Shown: positions 29,081 to 41,407, counted from the stretch's first letter. The stretch is DNA of 64,000 bases from an uncultured Bacteroidales bacterium (GCA_963703935.1 CAVPGA010000009.1:1258998-1322997); one strand, 5' to 3'. Notes: generated by a model from the letters alone, not told the origin. A program made the numbers and translations.

Positions 29081-30444
29081 TTGGGTAGCTTCTTGCATAT
29101 TAAGATTATTAGATTTCTGATAAGTAGTATTTTATTATTATCATTCTTCATTCCTGTCTTCTCTGTTATAAATCAGGCTTCAGATTCGGTTAACAAGAGG
29201 GTGACCAGACGTGCCATCAGGGCATCAGACCAGGTCAGTTATAAATCAACAGGCCGATACCGCTAAACAGCTGGCAGCCGATACCGTAATAGCCGATACA
29301 CTCAAAAATCAGACTGCCGATTCTATATTAAACCAGCCGGGCGCAACACTTAAAACTCAGACGGTCGATTCAGTTCTGATTGAGATACCCGACTCGGTTT
29401 TGTCCCTGCCACGAACCTTTAGTGCTGAGGAGCTTACAAGAGGCGAAAGGCTTTTTTACGGCCTCGCTTATCCTGAAGACAGGGGGGTTAGGTGTGTCAG
29501 CTGCCATAATACCCGCCAGTTGGATACTCTGAACTGGAATCCTGATGCGTTTGAGATTTCAGTGAAATACCTGAACAAAAACGCGGCCGAACTGAAAAAA
29601 GTCCTTCTAAGACCTGCCGGTAAGAAGATGACTGAAGTCCACAATGGATTCCAGCTCACAAATGAAGATATCCTTCTGATCAAAGGGTATATGGACAGGT
29701 TTGTTGATATCGGGATTAAACAAAAAAAGCCTGTTGTAACGAATCTCCTGTTACTTATAATATCTTCCGTCCTGCTTTTTATCTCCCTGACCGATGTTGT
29801 CATTAAAAAGTTATTCAGGAACAAGAATATCAACAGGATAATAATTCCAGTCACATCGGTTGTTATTACGTGGATCCTCGCTGTCAATGCAATTGCATTC
29901 GGACGGGCAACAAATTATTCTCCGGATCAGCCAATAAAGTTTTCTCATGCTGTTCATGCCGGGCAAAACCAGACAGATTGTAATTTATTGCCATTATTCT
30001 GCGAGATCCAGCAAGACTTCGGGAATTCCACCCGGAAATGTCTGTCTGAATTGTCACTTCCTTGTAAAAAGCGGAACCCGGTCAGGTGTGACCGAGATCA
30101 ATAAACTGACAGGTGCTTTTGACAGCGGGAAGGCAGTGGAATGGGTCAGGATCTACAGGTTTCCGGACTTTGTTTTCTTTAGCCATGCACAACATGTAAC
30201 TGCAGGGGGAATTGCCTGTGAAGCATGTCACGGTGATGTAAAGACTATGGACAGGCTCCGGCAGGTGCCCAACCTTGGAATGGGCTGGTGTCTGAAATGT
30301 CATGATTCAAGAAAGGTTAACCTCGGTAACGAATACTATAAAACTTATTTTTCAAGCTTTTACGACTCTTTACAGGCAGGTAAAATCGACAGTGTGACCG
30401 TGTCTGTCACAGGAGGCAGGGATTGCGGAAATTGTCATTATTAA
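29081..30444 (+). pseudogene. actA: ACIII multihaem cytochrome c subunit ActA, about two frame breaks
   Basis: Six CxxCH motifs (CVSCH, C-N/YCH split by the break, CLNCH, CEACH, CLKCH, CGNCH) and a central TM helix. An extra T in AATTTATTG near 29985 separates HAGQNQTDCN from YCHYSARSSKTSGIPPGNVCLNCH. The signal-peptide ORF (29081) and the body (29211) are in different frames. Confidence 0.8.
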
Positions 30445-30466
30445 ATAAACGGCACAACCTTAAGAA

Positions 30467-33445
30467 ATGAAAAAGTACAGGAAAGAAATTGAATCGAAAC
30501 AGAATGAACAGGGAAAGAATAAGCCTGTTGAAACCGTTTATGATGGAAATCCTGTACTATCTGTCCTTGAATGGAAATGGGATTGAGCTGAATTCTTCAA
30601 GGAGGGACTTTTTGAAATTATGCGGATTCAGTTTTGCTCTTGGTGCATTGTCTTCCTGCAAATCAAAGATCAGCAAAGCAATCCCCTATGTTATTGCTCC
30701 AAGGGAAATGACTCCGGGCGAAGCTCTTTGGTATGCATCAAGCTATGTTAATGGCAGTGATTATTGCAGCATTATTGTCAAAACCAGGGATGGCAGGCCG
30801 ATAAAAATAGAGGGGAATCCTTGTCAGGAGTTACCAGCGGTGGTACGAATGCCAGGATTCAGGCCTCGGTTCTGGACCTTTATGATATGACCAGATTTAA
30901 AGGACCACTTAAAAATGGTGCACCGGTTGACTGGCTGCAAATTGATGAAGAAATTATCGGCAGACTTAACAAAATAGTTGCTGATAAAAGATCAATTGTG
31001 CTCCTTACACCATCAGTTTTCAGTCCTTCGACTGAAGCTGTAATTTCAGGGTTTCTTAAAAAATTCCCGGGTTCAGAATGGGTCAAGTATGATGCAATTT
31101 CATATTCTGCAATGCTTGAAGCAAATAAAAGAAGCTTTGGCAGACAGGTAATTCCTGACTACCGTTTTGACAAGGCAGATGTTATCGTCAGTTTCGGAGC
31201 TGATTTTCTTGGTACCTGGCTTTCTCCGATTGAGTATACAAAACAGTTCAGTTCAAGAAGAGATCCTGAACAGAATATGAACTTCCTTGTTCAGATTGAA
31301 TCGAATTGAGCCTTACGGGATGTAATGCCGATAAAAGAATTCAGATCAAGCCTTCACAGGAATATGCAATTCTTCTTAATATTTACAGGGAAATCTGATG
31401 CACTCTTTAAAAGACCAGGAATATCAGCGTACCTGCTTCTCCGGTTGATGTGAGCGGAATTAGCAGAAAAACTTATTTCATCACAGGGAAGATCACTTGT
31501 TAATTTCTGGTTCAAATGTAAAGGAAGATCCAGCTTCTTGTAAACGAGATCAACAGATTTCTTGGAAATATTGGCAATACAATATTGTTCGATTCATACC
31601 TGAGGACCCATGAAGCAACAGATTCGGATATGGAAATGCTTGTCAGAAAGATGAAGGAGGGCAATGTAAATGCTCTTATGATATGGAATGTGAATCCTGC
31701 TTATACCTGGTACAACAGGGATGCATTTTCAAAGGGACTCAAAAAGGTTGGACTTACGTTTCTCTTTCCGGTTCTCCTGATGAAACAAGTGAACTTGTTC
31801 AGTATATATGTCCTGATAACCATTATCTGGAAGCTGGAATGATGCTGAGCCCAAAAAGGATTTTTACAGTCTGATGCAACCGGTTATCAGTCCGATATTT
31901 GATACACGTCAGATGGCTGATACATTATTGAAATGGTCAGGTTCGTCCAGATGATTTCTATGATTTTATAAGGTCTTACTGGACTGAACATATGATGCCG
32001 CGGCAAACGGAATTTCATGATCCTGTTGCTTTTTTTGACAACACAGTTGCAAAAAGGGATCTTTGAACCTGGCAGTCAAAGTCGAAAATTAACTGACTCC
32101 CAGGTGGCTCGTTTGCCATCCAGACCATTTATATCCGGAAAAAGTCAATGAATGCCGGCGAAGCATCTTTTGAAATTATCCTGTATGAACCAGTTGCAAT
32201 TGGTGAAGGCAGGCAGTCCAATAATCCATGGCTCCAGGAATTGCCTGATCCGGTGACCAGGATCTGCTGGGACAATTATGCATCGATCTCTGTGTTACAG
32301 GCAAAGGAAATTGGACCTGACAGACGGTGATCTTATTGATCTGGGAGGAGTTGATACTGCCGTCTCATCTCAGCCCGGACAGGCATATGGAACCATTGGA
32401 TTGCACTTGGATATGGCCGCCGGATTGTGGTAAAGTTGGTGAAGGAGTAGGAGACGATGTATGGCAGCTGCTTTCAATCAGAAAATGGTAATATCATGTA
32501 TACCAGGAATCTGGATCAAATTCTGAAAACAGGGAGCGGATACCTCTTTGCCCAGACCCAGACCCATCAACGATGGAAGGAAGAGCCATTTGTCCGTGAA
32601 GCAGGATTGAAGGAATTCAGGAAGAATCCGTCAGCCGGCAATGAATTGCATCGAATATTTTACATCCAAGGCAAAAAGTCTTTATAAGGAAAGGAAATAT
32701 CCTCATCATCACTGGGGTATGGCAATTGATCTGAGCAAATGTACCGGATGCGGAAACTGTGTTATTGCCTGTCAGGCAGAGAATAATGTTCCGGTTGTGG
32801 GAAAGGAGGAAGTACACCGGGTTCACGAAATGCACTGGATCAGGATAGACAGGTATTACACCGGTGATGATAGATCCGGAAGTTGTTTTTCAGCCTGTTC
32901 TTTGTCAGCATTGCCAGAATGCCCCCTGTGAAAATGTCTGTCCGGTTGCAGCCACAAACCATAGTTCTGAAGGTTTGAATCAGATGATATACAACCGCTG
33001 CTTCGGAACACGGTACTGTAATAATAACTGTCCTTACAAAGTCAGAAGATTTAACTGGTTCAATTATACCGAAGCAGGTACACTTTCGCGGCAATCTGAG
33101 GGATAAGGCAGGAATGACAGGTGATCTCCGACGGATGGTGCTTAATCCTGATGTTACTGTCCGGGGACAGGGAGTCATTGAAAAATGTTCTTTCTGTGTT
33201 CAGCGTATCCAGGCAGCAAAACTGAAGGCAAAATCTGAAAACAGGGCATTGTTCAAAAATGAAATTCAGACAGCCTGTTCGCAGAGTTGTCCGGCAAATG
33301 CAATTATTTTTGGGGATCTGAATGATGAAAGATAGTGAAATGAACAGGATGATCAGCAGGCGGACGAAGTTATAATCTTCTTGAGGAGTTGTTTACCATG
33401 CCATCGGTTAATTATCTGACCAAAATAAGAAACAGAATTTCGTAA
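30467..33445 (+). pseudogene. actB: ACIII molybdopterin-like / FeS subunit ActB, heavily fragmented (a dozen or more frame breaks)
   Basis: Tat motif SRRDFLKLCGF. IKIEGNP..SGVTSGGTNARIQASVLDLYD. FeS motifs [61 protein letters not shown] and CSQSCPANAIIFGDLND. The colinear pieces switch among all three frames between 30.5 and 33.4 kb. Confidence 0.85.
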
Positions 33446-33463
33446 ATAAAAATAATATCAGAT

Positions 33464-34840
33464 ATGTTTCAATCTCCACTGCGGACACCTTTAATTGAAG
33501 GTAAAAAAACTTACCAGGATATCAGCGACCAGATCCTTAATCCGATGATGAACAAGCCGATAAATTCTGGTATCTGGGGATGACCTTGTCCTTCGGTGCC
33601 ATGCTATTCGGACTTTTAATGATTTTCTGGACAGTCTGGCAGGGAATTGGAACCTGGGGAGAAAACAGAACAGTCGGATGGGCTTTTGAAATAACCACAT
33701 TTGTCTGGTGGATCGGGATAGGACATGCCGGTACATTTATTTCTGCAATTCTTCTGCTTTTCAGGCAGAAATGGAGAAACAGCATTAACCGTTCTGCCGA
33801 GGCAATGACAATATTTGCCGTTATCTGTGCAGCCCTTTTCCCTCTTATTCATCTGGGGCGGCCACTGCTTACCTTTTTCATATTCCCTTATCCCAACACC
33901 AGAGGTCTCTGGGTTAACTTCAATTCTCCGCTGGTATGGGATGTATTTGCAATTTCGACATATTTTACTATTTCACTGGTATTCTGGTATGTAGGATTGA
34001 TTCCTGATATTGGTACCCTGCGTGACAAACTCAGGAAGGGAATCAAAAAGAGCATTTATAATTTTCTGAGCTTCAGCTGGAAGGGATCAGCAAGAGACTG
34101 GCACCGGCATGAAATCACTTCAATAATGCTGGCAGCAATTGCTACTCCGCTTGTTCTGTCTGTTCACAGCATTGTAAGTATGGACTTTGCTGATTCAATA
34201 CTTCCGGGATGGCACACGACGATATTTCCTCCCTACTTTGTTGCAGGAGCAATTTTCTCGGGATTTGCAATGGTTCTGACCCTGTTGATAATTGCAAGAA
34301 AAACCATGGGACTCGAGGATTTTATTACGATAGAGCATGTGGAAAATATGAATAAGATCCTCATTGCTACCGGTTCGATTGTTGCCCTGGCTTACTATAA
34401 CTGAAATATTCATGTCGTGGTATTCCGGCGTCGAGTATGAGCAGGCGAATTTAATTAACCGGATGACCGGCCCATACTGGTGGGCATACTGGATAATGAT
34501 AGGCTGCAATGTTGTTTCTGCCCAGCTGCTGTGGATCAAGAAGCTCAGGACAAACCTCCTGTTTACCTTCTTCCTGTCAATTGTGATTAATATCGGAATG
34601 TGGTTCGAACGATTCGTTATAATTGTTACTTCTCTGCACAGGGATTTTCTGACTTCAAGCTGGACTATGTACAAACCTACCATAGTTGAGTACGGGCTTA
34701 TAATCGGGACGCTGGGGATCTTCTTTACAGCATTCCTGCTCTTCATAAGGGTATTTCCGGTCATCTCAATATTCGAGGTGAAATCAATCCTGAAAGTAGA
34801 AACTGCCGGTCAGGCCAAAAGAAATAATCATCATGAATAA
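33464..34840 (+). pseudogene. actC: ACIII NrfD/PsrC-like membrane subunit ActC, two frame breaks
   Basis: MFQSPLRTPLIEGKKTYQDISDQI, then [15 protein letters not shown]...[17 protein letters not shown], then a third frame from about 34390. Polytopic throughout. Confidence 0.8.
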
Positions 34841-35342
34841 TCCAGATTATATATCAGTTTATTTCGATGATGAGGATCCTATGCGCCAGGCTGTAATGAA
34901 ACTGCTCGAAAGCAACGAGAAGATCATTGATGTGATGACGCCCTTTCCCGTCCATGGAATTGACAGGCTCCTGTCAATCAGGAGATCACGAATCCCTGTG
35001 GGAGGATTTATTTTTGGTTTTCTGGGTGCAGTTTCTGCCTTTGGTTTCATGGCCTGGGTTTTTACTGTCAGTTACCCGCTGATCATCGGAGGTAAACCTT
35101 TTTTTGCAGCACCCTCCTTTATTCCAATCACTTTCGAGATGACTGTCCTTTTTGCCGGTTTGTCGATGGCCGCAGCAATGCTGATAAGATCGAAGCTTAA
35201 ACCGGACATAAGGTTTAAGCCCGCAGATGAAAAGATTACCGATAATATGTTTGTGATACTTGTTGACACCGGGGACGGGAAAACAACTCCTGAGAAAATC
35301 AGGTCCATCTTATCGGGTATTAAAATTTTTGAAATGAAATAA
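34833..35342 (+). CDS. actD: ACIII subunit ActD (DUF3341)
   Basis: 169 aa, intact. VYFDDEDPMRQAVMKL...TPFPVHGID plus two TM helices. Overlaps the actC end by 8 nt. Confidence 0.75.
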   Translation: MNNPDYISVYFDDEDPMRQAVMKLLESNEKIIDVMTPFPVHGIDRLLSIRRSRIPVGGFIFGFLGAVSAFGFMAWVFTVSYPLIIGGKPFFAAPSFIPITFEMTVLFAGLSMAAAMLIRSKLKPDIRFKPADEKITDNMFVILVDTGDGKTTPEKIRSILSGIKIFEMK

Positions 35343-35357
35343 TCTGAGTCTGAAAAT

Positions 35358-36519
35358 ATGGATGAGCAATTCATTTTCAGAAAGGGGTACCGGAATATTC
35401 TGGTTGTCGTGATGACCGGGGCTCTGCTTGTTGCCCTGGTGAGCATACTTGTTTCCCGGACTGATGCTTCAAGGATCTGGGCAAATGTTCTCCTTAATAA
35501 TCAGTTTTTCCTGGGTATTTCCCTGGGTGCTGCTTTCTTCATTGCAGTTCACAGGATTTCACTGTCCGGATGGCATACAGTCCTGCAGCGGGTGCCCGAG
35601 GCGATGACGGCTTTTCTTCCTGTTGCTTTTTTCCTGATGCTTCTCATTTATTTTGGCATGAATAACATTTACCACTGGTCTCATTACGAGGGTTATGATC
35701 CGGTACTGGAAGGAAAAAAAGCCTGGCTTAACATTCCGTTCTTCTTTATCAGGATGGTATTTTATTTTTCCGGATGGATTGCTCTTACATGGTTGATGAG
35801 AAAGAATTCAAATGCGCTTATGACATCTTCTGATATAAAATATCACAACAGGAGAAAATTATTCGGTGGACTATTCCTGGTTTTTTTCGGGATAACAGTT
35901 TCAACAAGCAGCTGGGACTGGATAATGTCCGTTGATGCTGAATGGTACAGTACAATTTTCGGATGGTATGTCTTTATCGGCATGTTTGTCACTTCACTTG
36001 CTTTATTATCCTTATTTCTGGCTTCTCAGACGCCAGGGTTACCTTACCCTTTTAAGGGATGACCATGTTCATGACCTGGCAATACTTCTCTTTGCCTTCA
36101 GCATATTCTGGACCTATCAGTGGTTCTGCCAGTACCTGCTGATCTGGTATGGACATCTTCCTGAGGAAACATCTTACTTTATCCCAAGGCTGAATGAGTT
36201 CAGAGTGATTTTCTTCCTAAACCTGGGGATTAATTTTATCGTGCCGTTCTTTGGTCTTATCCGGTCCCGGTCAAAGAAAAACCTTGACTGGATAGCTCTT
36301 ATGGCAGCCATAACCTTTATCGGGCACTGGATCGATTACTGGCTTATGATTATGCCGGGATCCGCCGGTGAAAATGCCGGGATCGGATTACTCGAAATCT
36401 CTGCTACCGTACTTTATACAGGTTTGTTCATTTTTGTGGTTTTCAGATCTCTGGCACATGGACCGGTTATTGTGAAAAATGATCCTTTTCTTGAAGAGAG
36501 TCTGAATTATGAATCATGA
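35358..36519 (+). pseudogene. actF: ACIII membrane subunit ActF (Bacteroidota quinol:cytochrome c oxidoreductase type), one frame break near 36050
   Basis: RIWANVLLNNQFFLGISLGAAFFIAVHRI...YHWSH...AWLNIPFFFIRMVFYF continues in ORF 35932-36519 after a shift. Confidence 0.7.
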
Positions 36520-37157
36520 TAATATTAAAAACATTAAAGATCTGAGGATGTTTAGATCAAGACTTATATCAACCCGACTTCCTGTATTTCTTGTTTTGAT
36601 GCCTTTACTATTCTCATGTGACAGGACAAGAACAATGCGTGGATATGACTTCATCCCGGATATGACCTATTCGCGTGCTTACGAGACTTTCTCGCAAAAT
36701 CCCAATTTTTCTGACAGCTCTGACGATGAGGGTTCCGGAAGTAAATACTGTCCCCAGGGGTTACCTTCCTTTCAGATATACAATTGATCCGGAAGAACGG
36801 GTCAGGGCAGGGAGCGAACTTCAGAATCCATTCCTCCCGACGGATGAAGTAGTTGCGAGGGGTCAGTTCATTTTCACCACATTCTGCATTGTCTGCCATG
36901 GGATCAAAGGCGTCGGTGACGGGCATCTTTATATAAGCGGGCTCTATCCGCTGAAACCACGGACGCTTACAGGAGCTGTTGCAAGAAAGCTTAAAGACGG
37001 CGAGATTTTTCACACCGAAACCCTGGGATTCGGATCAATGGGAGGTCACGGTTCGCAGATAAAACCTGACGACAGGTGGAAGTTAGTAAAATACATCAGG
37101 AAACTCCAGGCGAATGCCATTATAACAGGCGATACAGCAGCAATCCTAAAACCCTGA
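36509..37157 (+). pseudogene. actE: ACIII monohaem cytochrome c lipoprotein ActE, one frame break near 36715
   Basis: Lipobox LLFSC. YDFIPDMTYSRAYETFSQNPNFSD, then in another frame MRVPEVNTVPRGYLPFRY...FCIVCHG. Confidence 0.75.
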
Positions 37158-37264
37158 GGACCATAGTGTTACGATTCATCCTCTTGTACCTTCTCAAAGG
37201 AACGAGGATAGGCCAGGTTATGAAATCGAATTTATTATCTGGCATTTACCTGTTTTCATTTCCC

Positions 37265-37708
37265 GGCCGGGGTGGTTAAACTATGTTATGACTCAATCTT
37301 GCCTGAAAAAACTTCTTTATCTCTTTTAAAACGAATTCGGGATACTGGAACACAAACCTGTTCTCAAATCTGAGTACGGTGAATCCTAGGTCTTCAAGAT
37401 ACTTGTCCCTGATTGTATCTTTCCATACCTGCACAGGCACTCCCATGAAGATCTCCATCAAGCTCAATTATCAGTTTCTCCGACGGACAATAGAAATCAA
37501 ACTATATACTTACCGATACTGTGTTGTCTTCTGAATTTTCTGCCATCAAGATTCTTTGACTTTAACTTATTCCATAAAACAGCTTCTGCAGATGTGGAGT
37601 TATTTCTCAGAGATGTCTGGGAGGTTTTAAGCTTTTTAGGTTTAAGAGGTGTTTACTCTCCATTTGAATAAATGGTACTAAGAAAGACTTGAATTAACCA
37701 CCCCGGCC
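37265..37708. repeat. Perfect 15-nt inverted repeat (GGCCGGGGTGGTTAA at 37265..37279, TTAACCACCCCGGCC at 37694..37708) bracketing the DUF559 gene
   Basis: Read directly. The left arm contains the DUF559 stop codon. Confidence 0.9.
37276..37660 (-). pseudogene. DUF559 (Vsr-like endonuclease fold) domain gene, at least two frame breaks
   Basis: The minus strand reads SLRNNSTSAEAVLWNKLKSKNLDGRKFRRQHSIGKYIV, then DFYCPSEKLIIELDGDLHG, then WKDTIRDKYLEDLGFTVLRFENRFV, in three frames. Confidence 0.75.
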
Positions 37709-37930
37709 AGACGAATTTAGTTTTCTGACTGTAGATGATTTCACCGTCTGGCACTGTGAATCCTTGAACTTCGTGATAACTTTGGTGGCATAATCATCCC
37801 AGATCACGTATTAAAAGGAGGGCGAAAGTTATAATACTTAAATTCAGTACTTTAAATTCAGTTTTGGCTTAAACTCTCTCCCTATTTCCCTGTATCCATC
37901 TCCTTAGATTGACGGTTATACCCCGAGGCC
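37680..37930. repeat. Repeat mosaic (GCCAGACG...CGTCTGGC hairpin, inverted copy of the 98-nt repeat at 37817..37915)
   Basis: See 133-230 and 8931-9190. Confidence 0.8.
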
Positions 37931-37944
37931 CACTACCGGATATT

Positions 37945-38892
37945 TCACTGTTTCAGCGATTTAAGATATTCAATTATTTTTGCAACATCATCTTGCGAGA
38001 GGACCCCTGTATAACTCTGCATCAGGTTCTTTGGGTACCCTTTTACTGTTTCAGAATTTGGGTCGTAAACAGCTTTATGGACATATGCTTCATCGACGGT
38101 AATTGTGACCTCCTTCCCATCCCTTATTACTGTTTGTTGTTCACCGAAGATATTTAAGTAACTGGGTCCTATAATTCTTGATCCGTCAGTGGAATGGCAT
38201 GCAAAACAACCCTGGGCCTTCATTATGGCTTCTCCCTCTGCGCCTGGTCCTGTTCCCGCGGTAGCGAGGGTAACTTTCGTGGTATCGATAAACCATTTAT
38301 CGAACTCTTCACGGGATACGACTTTAACGGCTGAGCGCATATAGGAATGTGATAATCCGCAATATTCAGCACAGAAAATATCATATTTGCCTTCCTTACC
38401 CGGAAGAAACCACATCATCTTCTGCCTGCCCGGGATCATATCTGATTTTATCCTGAATGCCGGAATGAATAGACTGTGGATTACATCCAGCGAAATAAGA
38501 TTTATTTTAACAGGGGTATTAACCGGAACGATCAGATCGGGACTCTGTTTGCCATTTTCGTATGTAAATGAAAAATTCCACATCCTTGCAATACTTGTCA
38601 CGTTCATTGCATCCTTCGGAGGCTTGGTAAGTGGTTTCCATCCTGCCCATCCAAAATAGAACATTACCAGCGCCAGCAGTATCGGAATGACTGTCCAGGC
38701 GATCTCCAGCCTGTTGTTGCCTTCAATCTGGACAGCGACCTTATTCCTTTTCTTGTTGTACCTGAAAACAAACTAGAGCATGATTAAGGTAAGTGCCGCA
38801 AGGAGCAGTAATGAAATACCCGCGATATACTAGAATGCAGTATTGTAGGAAGTAACAAAATTTGAAGCGTCTATTGGATTTGTTGAATACAT
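37945..38892 (-). pseudogene. ctaC: Cytochrome c oxidase subunit II with C-terminal cytochrome c domain (caa3 type); two in-frame TAG codons in the N-terminal part
   Basis: CuA site CAEYCGLSHSYM and haem site CFACHS. Reading upstream in frame from ORF 37945-38664 gives MYSTNPIDASNFVTSYNTAF-TAG-YIAGISLLLLAALTLIML-TAG-FVFRYNKKRNK...EIAWTVIPILLALV. The stops are at 38830-38832 and 38773-38775. Confidence 0.8.
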
Positions 38893-38897
38893 ACTGA

Positions 38898-39194
38898 TTA
38901 TCTGAATAGGTAGTCCAGGAGTGTAATAATTATTACAGCAACAATTAGAAGTATCACAAATGTAACAAGAATCGCTATAATCCTGCTCTCAAACTTGAGG
39001 TGCATAAAGATTCTAAGAACAAATGATGATTTGACGGCAGCTATAATAAGTGCCAGCGCCACTGTCAGGGAGCCCAGGTAAATTTGTGTGAGTGCCACAG
39101 AAACAAGTGTTAGCCCGATCAGTAAGGCCAGTACATACAGAAATGTCCTGTAGGGAATTATATGATCCTTATTTTCAGTTTTTTCCATAAACAT
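38898..39194 (-). CDS. ctaF: Cytochrome c oxidase subunit IV (prokaryotic type)
   Basis: 98 aa, intact. AAVKSSFVLRIFMHLKFE motif and 3 TM. Confidence 0.7.
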   Translation of the reverse strand: MFMEKTENKDHIIPYRTFLYVLALLIGLTLVSVALTQIYLGSLTVALALIIAAVKSSFVLRIFMHLKFESRIIAILVTFVILLIVAVIIITLLDYLFR

Positions 39195-39801
39195 CAGGTA
39201 ATAAGATAAAACAATGGAAAAAGGAATATCCAGATCAGGTCGACAAGATGCCAGTATAATCCGCTGTTTTCGAGCAAAACATAGTCACTGGAATTTATCC
39301 GTCCACGAATAATGGCGACCGTTACAAACCCCATAAAGATAAGTCCTATAATTATATGCAGCGCATGAAGACCTGTCATAAAAAAGTATAATCCATAAAA
39401 TAGAACATCACCCTGCCCACGCAGGGCAAGTACTGATGAACCCGGATAGATATGTTCCCTTATATGTTCTCCCCATTCAAAGTATTTATTTACAAGAAAA
39501 GCGATACCAAGAATTACAGTAATGCCAAGAAGTAAAAGTGCCAGTTTTTTATCCTGTTTCCTGATTGCTGTAATCGACATGGCTATTGTTGCACTGCTTA
39601 TAAGGAGAATTATTGTATTGACTGTACCGATAAAAACGCTCAGTTCCTGGGCGGCAAGGTGAAATGCCTCAGCATTTCTGTACCTGTATACTGAGTATAC
39701 AATAAAAAGGCCCCGAATAGCAGCATTTCGGTAAACAGGAACAGCCACATTCCGGTTTTGGATGCCAGATCATCACGGTGTATTTCTTTTATCGTATTCA
39801 T
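39194..39801 (-). pseudogene. ctaE: Cytochrome c oxidase subunit III, one frame break near 39715
   Basis: MNTIKEIHRDDLASKTGMWLFLFTEMLLFG, then GLFIVYSVYRYRNAEAFH... in another frame. The break lies in a G-run (TTCGGGGCC). Confidence 0.75.
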
Positions 39802-41407
39802 TTATAATCGTATGGTCCTTTGGTAATTACAGGTTGTCTCTTCAAAATTTTCAACCGGAGGAGGAGAAGGAATTGTCCATTCCAGGGTTTTGCCTCCCCA
39901 GGGATTTGCAGGAGCCTTTATTCCCTTTTTCAATGAAGCGAACAGATTAATGATATAATCATTGCCCCGGAGTAAAGAACCCATGATCCCATTGTTGAAA
40001 TAATATTCCCGGCATGAAATATTTCATCATAATCAAAATACCTTCTGGGCATACCTTTTACTCCAAGGTAAAACATCGGACCATAAAGTGTTATAAATCC
40101 TACAAAAAACAGGAGCAAACCAATATTTGCCCATCTGGTATCATACATTTTCCCTGTTATTTTCGGATACCAGTAATGCATTGCTCCAAAAAAAGCAAAA
40201 CCTGTTCCTCCGAATACAATAAAATGAAAATGAGCAACAACAAAATGTGTATTATGCAAGATGAACATTGGTTGCAAGTGAACCAAGAATAAGTCCGGAA
40301 AATCCACCGATCATGAATACAAAAATAAATGCCATTGCCCAGTAAAAAGGAGTTTGCAGATCAATGGAACCCTTATGCATTGTGGATATCCAGTTAAATA
40401 CTTTTATGGCACTCGGAATTGCTACAAGAAATGTCAGAAGTGAAAAAGTATAAAGAGCTGTTCCGCTCATTCCTGAAGTGAACATATGATGTCCCCAGAC
40501 AAAATAACCTACAAAGGCAATTGCCATGGCTGAAGCAACCATGAATTTGTATCCGAATATTGTTTTATGGGAGAAAGTTGATATAATCTCTGAAATTGCT
40601 CCCATTGCAGGTAGTATCATAATATATACTGCCGGATGACTGTAGGTCCAGAACAGATGCTGATAAAGAAGAGGATCACCTCCAAGTGTCGGATCGAAAA
40701 ATCCGATATGCAGTATTCTTTCAGCAGCAACCATGAGCAGGGTTATTCCGATAATCGGAGTGGCAAGCAGCTGTACCCATCCTGTGGCATAAAGTGTCCA
40801 TGGGAATAATGGCATTTTCAGCCAGGTCATTCCCGGAGCCCTCATCCTGTGCATTGTCACCAGAAAATTCAGCCCGGTCAGGATTGATGAAAATCCGAGA
40901 ACAAATGCTCCAAATACTGCAGGAAGCATATTCCCGGCTGTTCTGAAACTGTAAGGTGCATAAAATGTCCAGCCTGTATCAGGAGGTCCCTGACCTGTAA
41001 ACTGTGATATAACTACAAGTGTAACTCCGGTAACATAAAAATACCAGGAAAGCAGGTTTAGTCTTGGAAATGCAACATCTTTTGCTCCGATCATGATAGG
41101 AAGGAGGAAATTACCAAATACTGCAGGCAAGCCCGGAATGACAACAGCAAATATCATTATTATTCCGTGGAGGGTAAAAAATGCATTATAGGTCTTGTGC
41201 ATCCACAATGGTTTTACCCGGGGCAATAAGCTCAAACTTCATTAGCAAACCGATTGTAGCCCCAATGGCAAAAACTGTAAGGATTGAAAACAGGTAAAGC
41301 ATGCCGATCCTTTTATGATCGGTGGAAAATATCCAGGCAAATATGCCTTTATATTTTCCTTTATGATTAAGATAACTGGGTTCATCGAGGTTGGTTTGTG
41401 TACTCAT
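39798..41407 (-). pseudogene. ctaD: Cytochrome c oxidase subunit I, four frame breaks
   Basis: Colinear pieces are ORFs 41186-41407, 40252-41235, 39930-40307 and 39802-39984, plus a last piece ending [14 protein letters not shown] that overlaps the ctaE ATG. At about 40285 an extra G sits between CTT and CAT (LATNVHL / [14 protein letters not shown]). Confidence 0.85.

Noticed and set aside
30467-33445. Programmed ribosomal frameshifting or intein/intron-like interruption of actB and other respiratory genes
   Set aside because: There are too many breaks, in both directions, and I could see no recurring slippery motif. Small pieces of conserved sequence are simply displaced by 1 nt.
29081-37157. 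Polysulfide, nitrite or tetrathionate reductase (Psr/Nrf-type) instead of ACIII
   Set aside because: The cluster combines a multihaem ActA with a TM anchor, DUF3341 (ActD), a second membrane subunit of the Bacteroidota quinol:cytochrome c oxidoreductase type, and a monohaem lipoprotein. That combination, together with the facing caa3 oxidase operon, fits alternative complex III.
38773-38832. TAG reassignment (sense-codon use of TAG) as the explanation for the two in-frame TAGs in ctaC
   Set aside because: TAG also terminates an intact gene here (gpx, stop at 47942-47944). None of the long intact ORFs contains an in-frame TAG, and the neighbouring genes are broken by indels. Ordinary nonsense mutations or errors are more likely.
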